A stretch of 64,000 bases of DNA from the NCBI GenBank assembly GCA_030390025.1, contig CM059438.1:70868001-70932000 (forward strand). The letters run 5' to 3'. The stretch comes from Squalus acanthias (taxonomy: Eukaryota). The translations under genes were made by a program, and so were the position numbers. Below, piece after piece: positions 1 to 13,039 of the stretch; within the stretch, counting starts at the first letter, position 1, and each line of letters begins with the position of its first letter. The notes under the pieces are model-generated. The model was not told the DNA's origin and made no database searches. It saw only the letters and a list, made by a program, of their open reading frames with translations.

Positions 1-204
1 CACTCAGAGTAGTGGAAATCTGGAACTCTCTCCCCCAAAAAACTGTTGAGGCCAGGTCAATTGACGATTTCAAATCTTGAGATTGATAGACTTTCATTAC
101 GCAAGGGTATGGAGGGTTACGGAACCAAGGTGGGTAGATGGAGTTAAAATACAGATCAGCCATGACAGGCTCGAGGGGCTGAATGGCCTACTCCTGTTCC
201 TAGC
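1..204 (+). mobile_element. CR1/HER1-type LINE 3' end
   Basis: End of ORF2 (TQRVVEIWNSLPQK-like) followed by the typical tail ggctcgaggggctgaatggcctactcctgttcct. Confidence 0.85.
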
Positions 205-312
205 ATAGGAATAAGCTCAGCTGTGATGTCCCCCATGGCGAAGTAGCCTATCTACACTCACATGCGACAAGGTAGAAATGTGCAGACAATGCCTGCCAAT
301 CATTACCTCAGC

Positions 313-385
313 ATAGGAACAGGAGTAGGTCATTCAGCCCCTCGAGCCTGCTCTGCCATTCAATTCGATCATGGCCGATCTGTAC
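313..385 (-). mobile_element. CR1 3' tail fragment
   Basis: Reverse complement of the same tail (ataggaacaggagtaggtcattcagcccctcgagcctg). Confidence 0.75.
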
Positions 386-1344
386 CTTGATTTCATTTAC
401 CCAGTCCTGCAGGAGAGAGAGGAAAAATTACAGGGGCAGAGGGGAATTGAAAAATGACAGTAATGGCAACACAAATAGCTTTTACACTCTGTTGCCAATG
501 CCATGTTCCATTTATCTCAGCTGCCAGGACACCAATGAAACGAGAAACAAAACTTCCAAGGCTGCAGCTTGTAAAAAAAATTTGAACCCAGTTTCTGTTC
601 TCTCGATTATTTTTATCACCCAACATCAAAGGAGTATTTCTTCCCACAGCAGGAGATCCTTAGCACACCAAAAAGTTCATGTTAAGCTGGTCTTCAGCTT
701 TTCTACCTCGCACAGCTGCCAGATACAGGAGCAGTTCTGAAGATTGAGATATGTGATGGTATAAATAAACATGTCCAGCTCATGACAGATAGAAAGAAGG
801 GAGTTATTTCAAGGCTGAAACCCAATCTTAAAGTTCAAATGATGTTCATAAACTGCTTGAGTTTGACGTCTCCTAACCTCCTCGATTAAATCACAGTTTT
901 ATAATCACTCCCCGCTATCTATTCATCTGTGTGCAATTCATAGGAGTCTATAAAATGTCAGTAAGTAATAATTGACAGTCGTTTGTACTGTTGAGGAGCC
1001 AAGGATGGGAAGGTTGATTGAAGGATGAGAGCATTGGTGAAGTCCATTATTGTTGAATGCAGCTGATTAGTTATCACCCTGACATGCGCTGGAGCAGATT
1101 GTGGGGATGTCCTCAATCAAATTTGGAGCCAATTTTGCATTTATTGCACAAAACCATGTAAAATGCAAGATGGACAGCAGGATTTATTTAAAACACTAGT
1201 AGATCTCCCATGGTGTTGCTCATGGTGAATCAGTGAATATACTTTTTTTTATAACAAATTTACCAACAAAGTGAGACAGGGAATGTGTGACAGGAAAAAC
1301 GTTACAGGAAGTAAGTGTGACACATAGGAAGCATGCACTATATG

Positions 1345-1845
1345 CAACAACAACAGCTTGTATTTATATAACATCTTTAACTTAGTAAAAAAATCGCAAG
1401 GCACTTCAGAGGAGCGTTATCAGACAAAATTTGGCACTGAGCCACATAAGGAGATATTGGGGCAGATGACCAAAAGTTTGGTCAAAGGGGTAGGTTTTAA
1501 GGAGAGACTTAAAGGAGGAGAGAGAAGTAGAGAAACAGTGAGGTTGAGGGAGGGGATCCCAGAGCTTAGACCCTAGGAAGCTTAAGGCAGGGCTGCCAAT
1601 GGTGGAGCTATGAAAATCAGGGATGCGCAGGAGGTTAGAAGAACACAGAGTTCTCGGAGGGTTGTAGGGGTGGAGGAGGTTATAGAGTTAGGGAGGGGCG
1701 AGGCCATGGAGGGATTTGAACACAAGGATGAGAATTTTAAAATCGAGGCATTGCCAGAACGGGAGCTAATGTAGGTGAGCGAGCACATGGGTGATGGGTG
1801 AACAGTACTTAGTGCGAGTAAGGATACGGCCAGCAGAGCTTTGAA
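1345..1845 (-). mobile_element. L2-type LINE 3' portion
   Basis: (caa)n tail plus a reverse-strand match to the L2 copy at 16805-17475 (LHWLPV/FKIL region and 3' UTR). Confidence 0.75.
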
Positions 1846-1907
1846 TGCAAGTTTTTTAATATATCATAGATGGATTGTCTGGGTACAACTACTAGTAATG
1901 TTACCAC

Positions 1908-2245
1908 AGAATCATATAGCACCAAAGGAGGCAACACAGCCCATTGTGTCTGTACTATCTCTCTGAAAGATTTATCCACATAGTCCCATTCCCCACACCC
2001 TTTCAATTTTTAATTTTCAAATGTTTATTCATGTACTTTTTAAAAGCTATTATGGATTCTGTTTCTGGTAAGGCATTCCAAGTCCTAACAACACTCTGTG
2101 TTAAAGAAAATTCTCCTAACCTCTCCCTTCATTCTTTTAGTGATTATCTTAAATTTATGCCGTCTGGTTACCAACTCACCGACCAGTAGAAATAATTTCT
2201 CCCTATTTACCTTAACAAGACCCTTCATAATTTTGAACATTTAAC
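1908..2245 (-). mobile_element. Degenerate CR1 3' fragment
   Basis: agaatcatatagcacc...agtcccattcccc...aaggcattccaagtcctaacaacactctg, resembling the other minus-strand CR1 ends in the window. Confidence 0.65.
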
Positions 2246-3599
2246 CATGCTCCTATGAAATTCCAGTACTATTTTACTGAAGTCATTAGCCAGTTTATTT
2301 TGAAGTAACTCTTCCATTAAAATAGCAGAGAGAGGGGGTTGATCCGAATGCTGTAAACAGTCACATGATAGCATTGCCAATACTAATTTCAAAGCTATAT
2401 TTTGCTACAACCCCAACAGAGGAACTCGCTGAAACAATAAAAAGAGTCCGTGAACTAAGAAATGGAGCCTTAATTGTCTGGAAGTCTCCATTTGATCTCA
2501 GCACTTGGCGCTGAAGAAGACAATATTTGCTCCGCATCATCTGTGCGATTCAGCAGATATTTCGTAGAACATTCGGTCTTTTCTTATTTGGCTGTAAAAT
2601 CTTCATCTCGCTTAACTACTTTCTGAAAGTTTTCCAAGTTACATGCGTATCAGCTGCAATTCTTTGCTCAGCAGACGATAGTTTCACGGGCTTGCCTTTT
2701 CAGAATGTGCATTTTATAAGGTCTGTTGGGAAAATTACTCTTCAAAAGGATATCAAACAGCAAATTGGTGCAGCGCAACACGACACACAAACATGCAGGG
2801 GGAATGATTGAGGATGTGCCAGTGTCTTGGCTTCCCCCACGTTATAATAGTCTTTTGTGGTCATTTATTACCTCAACCTTAATTTTCCCAAACAACATAA
2901 TTTCGGTCACTAGGGGGGCTGCATCTCACATTTAAAGTTTCCTCCATGGTGCCCTGAGTTGATTTTAGATTTCCTTAAATGTGTTGCTTTGCATTGGCAC
3001 AATTTTCTTTTTGCACAATATACATAATACACAACAGTTCTTTGTGATTTATACCTAAAAATGCACAAAATTGTAGAATTGAGATGAGGAGAATAATATG
3101 CTTTTTTTTAATTCCAAAACAACAGGAAACAATTTAAATGATTTATCTGAAGTGCAGAGGATGTTTGTACTTAAATAAAGCAACATATTTCTTGGAAGGT
3201 TTTATGGCCTAGAAATTGCTTTGCTCAGTCACTGGCCCGAATTTTCTCCAGTCTTCGATGGCGGGTTACTGTTAAAGGCGCTGTATAAATGCAAGTTGTT
3301 GTTGTTGTTACAACACGCCCTCTCTAAGACAAGGTCCTAGGCCCAATATATGGGGAGCCTTGGACCTCACCATTCTGGCACAGGGTATTTACCCTTCTCT
3401 CCTCTCCCCCTGCCCTCCCAAAAATGGGCGCTCCCAAATTTCTGTGCCAACATATTCACACGGTAACAGTTAATCAGAAATGTTAACCCCCAAAAAATTT
3501 ACCATAACCTCTCCTTCCCCTTATTCCTATCTTGTAAAGCCTGTATAATTCACTGTGCAAGTAACGAACCTTTCTTTTCCATAAGCCAAAAGGGAACGT

Positions 3600-3962
3600 A
3601 AAGCTCCCTCACTGGCTTACTGGACGAATGCACCGCCTGTGCTGTAACAGAGCCAAATAGCCCACAAAGGTTCTAGATTTGATTGCCGTGCTGTAGAGAG
3701 TTAGCTGACCTCAGTCATGCCAACACGACTGACACAATTGATCTTTCACTCCTGGACTCGGGGAGGAAAAATATCAGCCAGGGTTCCCACATCTGATCAC
3801 TGGCTCTTCCTGGAAAGTGTGCATCCTAGGATGTCCAGTGAGGACAGGAATGGCTTTGGCTATGATACTCTCCAGGTCAAATAGCCTGCCAATATTCACT
3901 GCCCAGGCTCATTGGAGCAAGATACTGGAGGGCGTCTGGCAATGTGGAACCATATCCCAGAA
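3600..3962 (+). mobile_element. Degenerate SINE-like repeat
   Basis: Shares the core gggaggaaaa(at)atcagccagg(g/a)ttcc with the inverted copy at 22160-22470 and a fragment at about 205-312. Confidence 0.5.
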
Positions 3963-6053
3963 AAAAAGGACAGAAACATTGTTAGAATCTAATCTGGGGA
4001 CTGAATCCAGCCCTGCTGTGCTGAAACTTGGATCATAAGTCACAGCTTTGAGTTTTTTATTGCCAATTTGAGTAAGCTCAGTAGCCCTGACCAAAACCAG
4101 AGTGACAACTGTCTCCAGCGAATAGTCAGTGTTAGATTGCAACACCGCAATTGTATTTATTTAAGAATTAAATGAAGAGCATAACTCAGTTACATTTTAT
4201 ACTGAGTCTGGGAGCAGGAGATCAATTCACTCTGCAGTCTGCCATAAAAAGGGTTTGTGTATTCTATCTTTGGCTGGACCGATCCTTTATAGCGTATTGA
4301 AGTTGTCAGTAGTGAAAAACAGAAACAAATTTTTTGTGAGGTTTCCCATTCTTCAGCAGCCAGCTTTTGTTGAAACATCTTCCCACTTTTCTGCCTCAGA
4401 GTGGATCAGATACGATTACTAAGATTAAGGAGCCTGAATGTGTGTAACTGAAGAGAGTTTGGATGCTAACAGACTAGAGATGGGAGAGCAACATTTCCCG
4501 GACATGGAATGCAACTACAATGGCTATTAAGGCAGACAATATAATGCCATTTTAAAGGAAAATTAAATGAAGTCTATAAAAGGATACAGGGGAAAGGCAG
4601 CGGAATTTTTAAAAAATTCATTCATGGGATGTGGGCATCGCTGGCAAGGCCAGCATTTATTACCCATCCCTTGTTGTCCTTGAGAAGGTGGTGGTGAGCT
4701 GCCACCTTCAACCGCTGCAGTCCGTGTGGTGAGGGTACTCCCACAGTACTGTTAGGGAGGGTGTTCCAGGATTTTGACCCAGCGACGATGAAGGAACGGC
4801 GATATACGTCCAAGTCAGGATGATGTGTGACTTGGAGGGGAACTTGGAGGTGGTGGTGTTCCCATGCGCCTGCTGCCCTTGTCCTTTTAGGTGGAAGAGG
4901 TCGTGGGTTTGGGAGGTGCTACCGAAGAAGCCTTGGCGAGTTGCTGCAGTGCATCTTGTAGAGGGTACACACTGCAGCCACGGTACGCCAGTGGTGGAGG
5001 GAGTGAATGTTTAAGGTGGTGGATGGGGTGCCAATCAAGCGGGCTGCTTTGTCCTGGATGGTGTCGAGCTTCTTCAGTGCTGTTGGAGCCGCACTCATCC
5101 AGGCAAGTGGAGAGTATTCCATCACACTCCTTACTTGTGCCTTGTAGATGGTGGAAAGGCTTTGGGGAGTCAGGAGGTGAGACACTCACCGCAGAATACC
5201 TAGCCTCTGACCTGCTCTTGTTGCCACAGTATTATGTTGGAGATAGACATTGCATGGCACTTGTGTGGCGTGAATGTTACCTGCCATTTATCAGCCCAAG
5301 CCTGAATATCATCCAGGTCTTGTTGCATGCGGGCATAGACTGCTTCATTATCTGAGGAGTTGCAAATAGCACTGAACACTGTGCGGTCATCAGCAAACAT
5401 CCCCATTTCTGACCTTATGTTGGAGGGAAGGTCATTGATGAAGCAGCTGAAGATGGTTGGGCCTAGGTCACTGCCCTGAGGAACTCCTGCAGCGATGTCT
5501 TGAGGCTGTGATGATTGACCTTCAACCACCACAACAATCTTCCTTTGTGCTAGGTATGACTCCAGCCAGTGGAGAGTTTTCCCCCCGATTTCCATTGACT
5601 TCAATATTACTAGGGCTCCTTGATGCCACACTCGGTCAAATGCTGCTTTGATGTCAAGGGCAGTCAGTCTCACCTCAGCCCTGCAAATGCTTCAGCCTTG
5701 CCTTTTGCACTCACGTGCTGGGCTCCACCATCATTGAGGATGGGGATATTCATGAAACCTCCTCCTCCCGTGAGTTGTTTAATGGTCCAGCACCATTCAC
5801 GACTGGAAGTAGCAGGACTGCAGAGCTTTGATCTGATCCGTTGATTGTGGGATCGCTTAGCCCTGTCTATAGCATGCTGCTTCCGCTTTTTAGCATGCAT
5901 GTAGTCCTGTGTTGCAGCTTCCTTAGTTTGGCACCTCATCTTTAGGTACACCTGGTGCTGCTCCTGGCATGCTCTTCTACACTCCTTATTGAACCAGGGT
6001 TGGTCCCCTGGCTTGATGGTAAAGGTAGAGTGATAGATATGCCGGGCCATGAA

Positions 6054-7707
6054 GTCTAATGAGAGGGAGGAACTGAATGAAATCAGTATTTGTAGGGAAA
6101 TGGTGTTAGGGAAATTGACGGGATTGAAGGCCGATAAATCCCCAGGGCCTGATGATCTACATCCTAGGGTACTTAAGGAAGTGGCCCTAGAAATAATAGA
6201 TGCATTGCTGGTCATCTTCCAAATTCTATAGACTCTGGAACAGTTCCCATGGATTGGAGGGTAGCTAATGTAACCCCACTATTTGAAAAAGGTGGGAGAG
6301 AGAAAACGGGGAATTATAGACCGGTAAGCCTGACATTGGTAGTGGGGAAAATGCTAGAGTCCATTATAAAAGATGTAATAGCAGAGCACTTGGAAAACAG
6401 TGACAGGATCGGACAAATCAACATGGATTTACAAAAGGTAAATCATGCTTGACTAATCTACTGGAATTTTTTGAGGATGTAACTGGTAGAATAGATAAGG
6501 GAGAACCAGTGGATGTGGTGTATTTGGACTTTCAGAAGGCTTTCGATAGGTCCCGCATAAGAGATTAGCGTGCAAAGTTAAAGCACATGGGATTGGGGGT
6601 AAGGTACTGACTTGGATAGAGAACTGGTTGGCAGACAGGAAGCAAAGAGTTGGAATAAATGGGTCTTTTTCCGAGTGGCGGGCAGTGACTAGTGGGGTAC
6701 CGCAGGGATCGGTGCTAGGACCCCAGTTATTCACAATATATATTAATGATCTAGACAAGGGAATTAGATGTAATATCTCCAAGTTTGCAGATGACACAAA
6801 GCTGGGTGGACGTGTGTGTTGTGAGGAGGATGCAGAGAAACTCCAGTATGATTTGGACAGGTTGGGTGATTAGGCAGATGCATGGCAGATGCAGTATAAT
6901 GTGGATAAATGCGAGGTTTTCCACTTTGGTGGCAAAAACAGGAAGGCAGATTATTATCTGAACGGCAATAGATTGGGAAAAGGGGAAGTGCAACGAGACC
7001 TGGGTGTCCTTGTGCGCCAGTCGTTGAAGGTAAGCATGCAGGTGCAGCAGGCGGTTAAGAAGGCAAATGGTATGTTGGCCTTCATAGCGAGAGGGTTCGA
7101 GTACAGGAGCAAGGATGTCTTGCTGCAGTTGTACAGGGCCTTGGTGAGATCACACCTTGAGTATTGTGTGCAGTTTTGGTCGCCTTATCTGAGGAAGGAT
7201 GTTCTTGCCATGGAGGGAGTGTAGCAAAGATTCACCAGACTGATACCTGCGATTTCAGGAATGACGTATGAAGAGAGATTGGGACGATTGGGCTTGTATT
7301 CGCTAGAGTTTAGAAGAATGAGAGGGGAGCTCATTGAAACTTATAAAATTCTAACAGGACTAGACAGACTAGATGCAGGAAGGATGTTCCCGATGGCGGG
7401 GGAGTCCAGAACCAGGGGTCACAGTCTAAGGATAAGGGGTAAGCCATTTAGGACTGAGATGAGGAGGAATTTCTTCACCCAGAGAGTGGTGAACCTGTGG
7501 AATTCTCTACCACAGAAGGCAGTTGAGGCCAATTCATTAAATATATTCAAGAAGCAGTTAGATATATTTCTTAAAGCTAAAGGGATCAAGGGATATGGGG
7601 AGAAAGCAGGGACAGGGTACTGAATTTGGATGATCAGCCATGATCTCATTAAATGGCGAAGCAGGCTCGAGGGGCCGAATGGCCTACTCCTGCTCCTATC
7701 TTCTATG
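6054..7707 (+). mobile_element. 5'-truncated CR1/HER1 LINE (RT region to tail) nested in the older LINE
   Basis: ORF pieces [58 protein letters not shown], and tail ggccgaatggcctactcctgctcctatcttctatg. Contains stops and frameshifts. Confidence 0.92.
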
Positions 7708-8859
7708 CTACAGCAGTGGTGGAATACAATTCTGCTGTTGCTGATGGCCCACAGTGCCACATGGATGCCCAGTTTTGAGCTGCTAGATCTGTTCTGAATC
7801 TGTCCCATTTAGCACAGTGGTAGTGCCACACAACACGATGGAGGGTGTCCTCAGTGTGAAGACGGGACATCGTCTCCACAATGACTGCGTGGTGGTCACT
7901 GCTACCAACGCTGTCATGGACAGATGCATCTGCGACAGGTAGATTGGTGAGGATGAGGTCCAGTCGGTTTTTCCCTCATGTTGGTTCTCTCACCACCTGT
8001 CACAGGCCCAGATTGGCAGCTATGTCCTTCAGGACTATGCCAGCTCGGTCAGTAGTGGTGCTACCGAGCCACTCTTGGTGATGGACATTGAAGTCCCCCA
8101 CCCAGAGTACATTCTGCGCCCTTGCTACTCTCAGTGCTTCTTCTAAATGGTGTTTAACATGGAGGAGTACTAATTCATCAGCTGAGGGAGGGCGGTAGGT
8201 GGTAATCAGCAGGAGGTTTCCTTGCCCATGCTTGACCTGAAGCCATGAGACTTCATGGGATCCTGAGTCAATGTTGAGGACTCCCAGGGCCACTCCTTCC
8301 CGACAGTATACCACTGTGCCGCCACCTCTGGTGTGTCTGTCCTGCCGGTGGGACAGGACATACCCAGGGATGGTGATGGAAGAGTTTGTGACATTGGCTG
8401 AAAGGTATGGTTCTGTGAGTATGACTATGTCACGCTGTTGGCTGACTAGTCTGTGGGACAGATCTCCCAATTTTGGCGCAACAAACCCAGATGTTGGTGA
8501 GGAGAACTTTGCAGCCTCGACTGGGCTGGGTGTGCCGTTGTCGTGTCCAAAGCTGGTGGCAAGGTCGATGCCGGGTGGTCCGTCTGGTTTTATTCTTATT
8601 ATTGTTTCTTGTAGCGGTTTGTTACAACTGAGTGGCTTGCTGGGCCATTTCAGAGGGCAGTTAAGAGTCAACCACATTGCTGTGGGTCTGGAGTCACATA
8701 TAGGCCAGACCAGGTAAGGACGGCAGATTTCCTTCCCTAAAGGACATTAGTGAACCAGATGGGATTTTACGACAATCCGATAGTTTCATGGTCTCCATTA
8801 CTGATACTAGCTTTTTATTCCAGATTTATTTAATTAACTGAATTTAAATTCCCCAGCTA

Positions 8860-8951
8860 CCATGGTGGGATTTGAATTTACGTCTCCGGATCATTAGTCC
8901 AGGCCTCTGGATTACTAGTCCAGTAATATTACCACTACGCTACCGTTCCCC
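8860..8951 (-). promoter_or_regulatory. tRNA-derived internal Pol III promoter (A box/B box) at the LINE 5' end
   Basis: The minus strand reads GGGGAACGG-TAGCGTAGTGG (A box, 8932-8942), then an anticodon-like arm CTGGA-CTAGTAA-TCCAG, a long variable region, and ATTCAAATCCC (B box with one mismatch, 8867-8877). Confidence 0.7.
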
Positions 8952-9043
8952 TAAATGGGATTACAGCAGACAGTTACAGCTGAAGAGCTAGTACCAGCAC
9001 AGATATAATTGGCTGAATGATTTCCTTCTGCGCTCTAAATTCT

Positions 9044-9153
9044 GGGGACTGAATTTCCACTGGAGTCTCCTGCTTGTCTATGGTAACTTCAGGGAAGAAC
9101 CATGGAAAGCCCGTAAAAAATGACGGGAGAACCCCCTGTGGAAATTCACCCCC
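9044..9153. mobile_element. Short Harbinger-type MITE
   Basis: Inverted termini ggggactgaatttccac / gtggaaattcaccccc. Confidence 0.6.
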
Positions 9154-12100
9154 AAGATTCTATGATTCGCTCTATCTGTTTGCCGCTGCTTATTATTAAA
9201 GAGAGATTGAATAATTTTTGGTGACATCCACCATTGTGAAAGATAAGAAACAGAAAGTGATCCAAGTCGTACTTCTCTTGGGGATCCCCATATAGGAAAG
9301 GTAGAAAATACGGACAAAAAAATGGATTTTTGTTGAATTTTTAGCTTATATTTTGTATTGATAGAAACAGCATGCAAGGGGTTAAAACCCAAGGACACAT
9401 GAGCTATTTCTCAAAATAAAAACCATCAGCTCAGAAACCACACAGGTTGGCTACAGTGCAGTTCACAGATGTAAGCTGCTACAGAAAGTCTCTGGGATGC
9501 CTTAATTGTTTAAGTGGTTAGAGCCATTCCATTCAATCACATACTTCTTTGCCATTGCAAAAGATTAGTCATCTACTCAATATTGATGATAGAAATGCTG
9601 CCTTCTGTGTATGGCTGTTGATCTAATGTAATTACGAGAGAGGCAGTTTGTCCAGTGCATTTTATTTCTGCATAACTTCAATGGGATTGGCATTATCTTT
9701 CTACACAAAAGCTATTTTACCAGGGAGAGCCAGTGTCAGCTTTGCAGCCAGAGAACAGCTCTGTGTTTAAAGTTTGTGCTGGTGATCAAGGAAGCTCGGC
9801 CATATTGAGCCTACAGCAAGCAAACATCTGTTCTAAAGTTTATGTTTCATGAAAAAGTGAGTGTGTCTTTATTATTTTATGTATCAAGGAGATTATCATA
9901 GTCTATGATTCACAATTTTGCACTGTATGTTGATTTATCCAGCTTACTTTGATAAAACCATCCATCTTTCGGTTTGACACATTATACACTTTTGTTTGCC
10001 TCAGAAGCATGTGATGCATTCCAGTGGATGGACTAAGGGTTCTCTGTTATGATCTCAGGGTCTTCCTCTCACTTATATACCTATATATTGGACAGTAAAA
10101 AGGTAAACTTGACATCACCGAAGATGTGAAGTCTGCTTATGCGAGAGATTGAGGATGCTGAATCCCAGATAATATCTAATATTAAAAAAGATATCCATTT
10201 ATCATAAGTCTGTATTAGTATCCAGCTTGCCTAACATACATGGCCAACCTAGAGAACTCAAGTGGCGGATATGCACAACGTTCCTTCACTTACTTTTTTC
10301 CCCTTCAATAGAAGGACATCAAAGCCAGAAGTGCAACTCAGAATGTGGAAGGTGCAAAGTTGGTGGTTCGTTTATATGTGGGGCGTATGCTTCCTGAAAC
10401 AAATTTGATTTGTTTCATTACAAAATGGTGCAATCTGATTCATTTTCAGCAATTCTATCTCTCCTTCATGCAAGGGTTCCTGCCAATAGTGCACAGTAAT
10501 GGAAATCCTGGATATTATACCAGGACGCACTGCCAGGATAGTGGGACCTCTCTGGTGCAATAGCCACCAGACTAAGGAGGAGTGGGACAGGAGGGGCCAA
10601 CTTACCCTAATCGGTGTCGGCAAATGTTAGCACATGGACCATGCCTCAGAATGCTGTCTGTTGGTGCAAAATGCTGAGAGCTGGTATGTGTTGTCAGATG
10701 AAGCCATCTTCTGGGACATGATGCTCATTTGAAGGCTCTGGAAATGTTGAGTGCTGCTGCATTAACTTGTGCTGGCCTTTGAAAGAATCATCCATTTTTT
10801 GCGGGAGGGTGAGGTTGAGACCATCACAACTTGATTTATTAATCTCGGGAAACAAGTTGGCAACCAGCTTAGTTCGCCCTCCAGAAGCCACGTAATCTCC
10901 TAGAATTGGCCAAAAAAACAAAGTAAAGAAACATGGGCCAATAAAGGGAAAAAAAATCTCGAAAATTCCACCCTGACCCCTTCAGGTGATTGAAACCAGT
11001 CCAGGAGATCATATGGACTAATTGTTATCTATCAAGCCACTTACCGTCTAAATATGCCAATAGAATCTACTACATTTTTAGTGAAGTTGAGAAATACCAA
11101 CGTTATTGCAATTAAATGTTGGGGAAGAGGGTCTTGGGATGCCCAGAGGAACAGCGCAGATTAACTTGTTACTGAATCCGAGAGCGATGGCCCACAGCAG
11201 TAAAACCAGATGTCAGAATTATCTCTGAAATGTTCACCTCATCACTTGGGAATGTTAATGCCTAGTGGGAGATTTTTAAGTAGTGGTTAGAACCGAAGAC
11301 ACACAGTCAGAAGCTGAAGAAGCTCAAAGCCGAGAGTTGAAAATGTCCTGGAAGAATTTCCACACAACACTGAAGACAGCTGCAGGACAGCAGTCCAATA
11401 GATCATGTGCAATCCTCAATGCACAAAGCAAATCTCATGCAACATGTATCTGTATGTTTAATGGCTTCATTTGGAATGTTAACTATACAATGTCAGAACT
11501 TAAGAGAAAAGTTTAAAGAGATACTAATAAGGCTAGGCTACTTGACAGCAAATGACAAAATCAAACCTGGATTTGTCAATAATGCATATGCTTTTTTAAA
11601 CTGTATATAACAACATGATAGACCCAAAAAATAAATGACGTAAAAATAAATTACCTAAATAGTGTGACCTAAAAAACCACAACATGGAATCAGTTATAAA
11701 TTCCAATTTGTTCAGGCATCGTGGGCAGGAGAGGGGGAAATTGGCCCTGGATATAGAAAACACTGACAGGGTTACATAGACTGTGCACAGAGATGTAATA
11801 ATACAGCTGAAACACAGCAATACGACCAGGCCTGCAGCTGCACCTTCACTGAGTGAATTCATTGACTCTTCCTGTTCTGGTAAACGTCTCCGACTCTCTG
11901 AAGGTGCTCGGAGCCAAGCGTACATGCAGTACATGGCTCCCAAAACACTGAGAAAACCCAACAAAAGTACCAAGCTATTGCATGTGAACCATGGAAAGCC
12001 ATTATCGCAAACTCCTTCGGACCGGCACAGCAGACACTTCACAGATGCGTTTAAAGTTGTCATTAGCAAACATACCTATTTCAATAAGGTTTGAGTAAAG

Positions 12101-13039
12101 CAAGCAACATTTTTTTCCACATGTGTGCTGAAGAATCTAATTAACAGGTTACATGTGTGCACTTAATAGGCCCATTAACAGAGTTCAGGTGTGTCCAGGT
12201 GTCTCCCATTAACAGGTTGTACCGATGTCCAAGTTTTATAGACTGCTAATTTTGTCAGCCTCTCATATTCTCTTGGAGTTAACAATCGACTATGGGCCTG
12301 CAGTGCCTCAAAATCTACAAAATATTCTCGCAATACAATGCAAAGATGACTGACATTGAAGCTTTAGAGGAGTTTTTGAGACAGGATGATGCAGCAACAC
12401 AGCTTCCCCTAAAAAAAACTACCAATGAAGCAATTCCTTTCAAAGTAAGCCCCTGAAAATATAATCTTTCTCGATTGACTAAGGCAGTCTTTCTTGATCA
12501 GAGGTGGAGCCAGGATTTGTTCACTGAGGGGGACAAAGATTGACTTTCGACAAGCCTCAGCCTGCTTCTCTATTATTACTCCAAATAGTCTCCTGGGAAA
12601 TGACATTCGTACAACCATTTGTCGGGAAAGTGCTTCTTCCTCCATTTTCTTATGTGGATAATTTGAAAGGAGCTAACAAAAAAAAGGTTACAACACTTTC
12701 ACTTAAGTCTCTGGTTTGTGCAAGGACAAGGAGCAAATGAGGTTAGTTTGTATTGGGACAACTTGTTGTAAGAGGGAAATATTCTTAGTGTTTTCGCTTT
12801 CCAAAAAGGGAATGTTAGCTTAGAAAAAATATGCAAGACTTCACTAACAACATGGTGGACCCTCAAACTCCATTAGAGTCAGTTGTGCAAAGCTGAATCT
12901 TGGGTCTCAAAAAAATGGCTCCTGAGGCCTGTCACTACTAATTCAATTGTACAATATTTCAGCTCAATCAAAAATAGACTGCTCACCTAGAGCAGTCAAT
13001 CCTTTGACTCGTGTGGAGCATAAACGCCGGCATGGATGC

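Larger units (their letters stand above)
4607..8951 (-). mobile_element. Near full-length CR1-group (Zenon/Crack-like) LINE: tRNA-derived head, APE endonuclease, RT, 3' tail; no ORF1; interrupted by a CR1 at 6054-7707
   Basis: APE motifs in ORF 8000-8677 (DIVILTE, RQDR..GGG, YRPPS, GDFNVHH). RT motifs in ORF 5200-5673 (LDIKAAFDRVWH, GVPQGS.LGP, MFADD). C-terminal YKAQVRSVMEY. 3' tail aataaatgctggccttgccagcgatgcccacatccc. Contains internal deletions and frameshifts. Confidence 0.85.

Noticed and set aside
8860..8951. Possible bona fide tRNA gene
   Set aside because: Acceptor stem and B box are imperfect, the variable region is oversized, and it is fused to retroelement sequence; treated as a tRNA-derived head.
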